Below are positions 62,530 through 64,000 of a stretch of 64,000 nucleotides of DNA, piece after piece; position 1 is the stretch's first letter; the number at the start of each line of letters is the position of its first letter. The DNA comes from Haplodiscus bocki (lineage: Eukaryota). Location: the NCBI GenBank assembly GCA_965655095.1, contig OZ296649.1, positions 66,030,001 through 66,094,000 on the forward strand, in the 5' to 3' direction. The notes below the pieces were generated by a model that worked only from the letters and a program-made list of their open reading frames with translations, had not been told where the DNA came from and made no database searches. A program made the translations under genes and the position numbers.

Positions 62530-63270
62530 TGTGATCGCTTCCGCCCCAAAATACCCAAACCCATAACACCCCAAGCCAATGTACGCAAAATTCAAAATAA
62601 CCGTAGCCAAAACACCCAATATCCCAAATTACCCAAGGCCAAAATACCCAAGAGTAAAACAACCATACCATTTAAACAAATAAAAGCGTTTTAACATTAG
62701 AAGTACCCAAAACACTTGAATGTTGCATATTTTTTTGATTGATATCGTAATTATGAAACCAATATAAATCCATTGCACAAAAATGCCACCAGATCTGGCA
62801 TGTATTTTGCAAAATCTCACCATTTTGGAATTTGAAGCTTTTGAAAACTCGAAATTATGAGCTAAAACTTTCGGCAATGACGAAAAATGCAGATAAACGT
62901 GATTAAAACAGTCCAGACTGAGTTCCACGCTTTTACCTGTCGGATGAAAAATGGTGTCTCACGGTGCGGAAAATTATCCGGGGGAAGCACAATTTTGTCT
63001 CACAGTGCCGAAAATTCTGGGGGGTACCCTTGAGTGTTTTTTTAAGAAGGTATTTGTCTGTGAATAATTTGATTTGTGGTGTTTCAATCTGATACTCATA
63101 ACATTTTGAAACTTCATTAAAATTAGGTATTAAGTATCGTCTTGAAACTGAATATTAAGACGCAATTAATAATTTATTTAGTATTATTTCAGCCTCGGAC
63201 ATGATGGGACTTTGTGTATTTTGGGTTAAGGTATTTTGGGCTCGGGTGCTCTCGGTTTGGCTGATCTGTC
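62530..63270. mobile_element. MITE-like element with inverted CCCAAAATAC subterminal repeats
   Basis: Multiple CCAAAATACCCAA at 62545-62710 and GTATTTTGGG at 63215-63245. Confidence 0.6.
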
Positions 63271-63307
63271 CTGCCACCCTTGTGATGACCTTAAAATTTA
63301 CTACTTC

Positions 63308-63309
<2 letters not shown>

Positions 63310-63365
<56 letters not shown>
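63310..63365. repeat. (CT)n microsatellite, ~28 units
   Basis: Direct reading. Confidence 0.99.
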
Positions 63366-63368
<3 letters not shown>

Positions 63369-63651
63369 CCAACAAAGTGTAAATGAAAACAAGACCGGCA
63401 AACTCTGTGCTTGGTTTGCCAAATCATGCCATAAACACTTAAAAATTGTATTTCGAACAAAAAATGTCATTCATACCTTATTTGTTTCCAGAAGAACGAT
63501 TTTTCGAAGCATTAGTAAATTAAATGGTTTCTACTGCAAAACGAACTAACTTGAAGAAGGCGTAACTCGAGCCACAAGATGTTAAAAATTGTTCAAAATT
63601 AGGATGGATGTGAAAAAATGATGTTTTTCTCGGTTTTACTTTTTAGGAACA

Positions 63652-64000
63652 TGTGATGAGTGTGTGTTAGCCGGTCAACGTTTCTTTCATTGACCAGCAA
63701 ATCACTTCCCTCTACAGTATAATTACCAGGAGTCTCATCGATTTTCTCAAGTCCGAATGTGAGTTCATTCTACTTGAGGTGGTCAATTGTAGGCCATCAG
63801 CCCTTCCTGAAAAGTCCCTTTGGTCAACTTCCAATACATTACCGTCTAGACTCCGCCTTGATAACGCCTTGGCTGATTTCATAATAAATTCTACTCTTGG
63901 AATCATTAGGTTTTCTTTTGCAGTCAATACTGTGTCTTGGACTCTCGTTTCGACTGTTGTGATTACACTATGCACTTCACTCTGCACGTTACAAACAAAG
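63652..64000 (-). mobile_element. Family A LTR 3' part (solo or 3' LTR), cut by the window end
   Basis: ORF 63712-63987 (TVETRVQDTVLTAKENLMIPRVE) is homologous to TVEDRIQNAILTAIDNIVTPKIE. Ends ACTCATCACA and is not followed by TGGTGACAG. Confidence 0.78.

Noticed and set aside
63155-63460. ER-repeat and SL-repeat ORFs
   Set aside because: Translations of the (CT)n microsatellite.

Overview
This is AT-rich, repeat-dominated eukaryotic (animal) genomic DNA with one 200-N scaffold gap (30556-30755). I can support only one host gene: a ciliary CFAP68/C11orf1 (UPF0686) orthologue on the minus strand, with coding exons 57480-57250 and 53423-53214 giving 146 aa. The rest is mobile or repetitive. 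(1) A dead Gypsy-type LTR retrotransposon (minus strand, window start to 6758) has gag, protease, RT and the start of RNase H, lacks integrase through an internal deletion, and carries an antisense accessory ORF. (2) Two LTR families, A and B, apparently start their first ORF inside the LTR. In family A the ORF reads in frame through the LTR end and a duplicated primer-binding site. Five further solo-LTR-like copies therefore carry a promoter-like region plus an ORF with no stop inside the repeat. (3) A 12.5-kb decayed Polinton/Maverick (adintovirus-like) element (15435-27921) has ~350-bp TIRs, a near-perfect 6-bp TSD, integrase, MCP, two pentons, packaging ATPase and protease, but no recognisable pPolB core. 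(4) A ~17-kb region holds ordered, highly diverged ~178-bp units, duplicated together with a unique header; their consensus can be read as a 59-aa repeat. (5) MITEs, a fold-back element and simple repeats make up the remainder. All protein family calls come from motif recognition by eye, and no database search was run.
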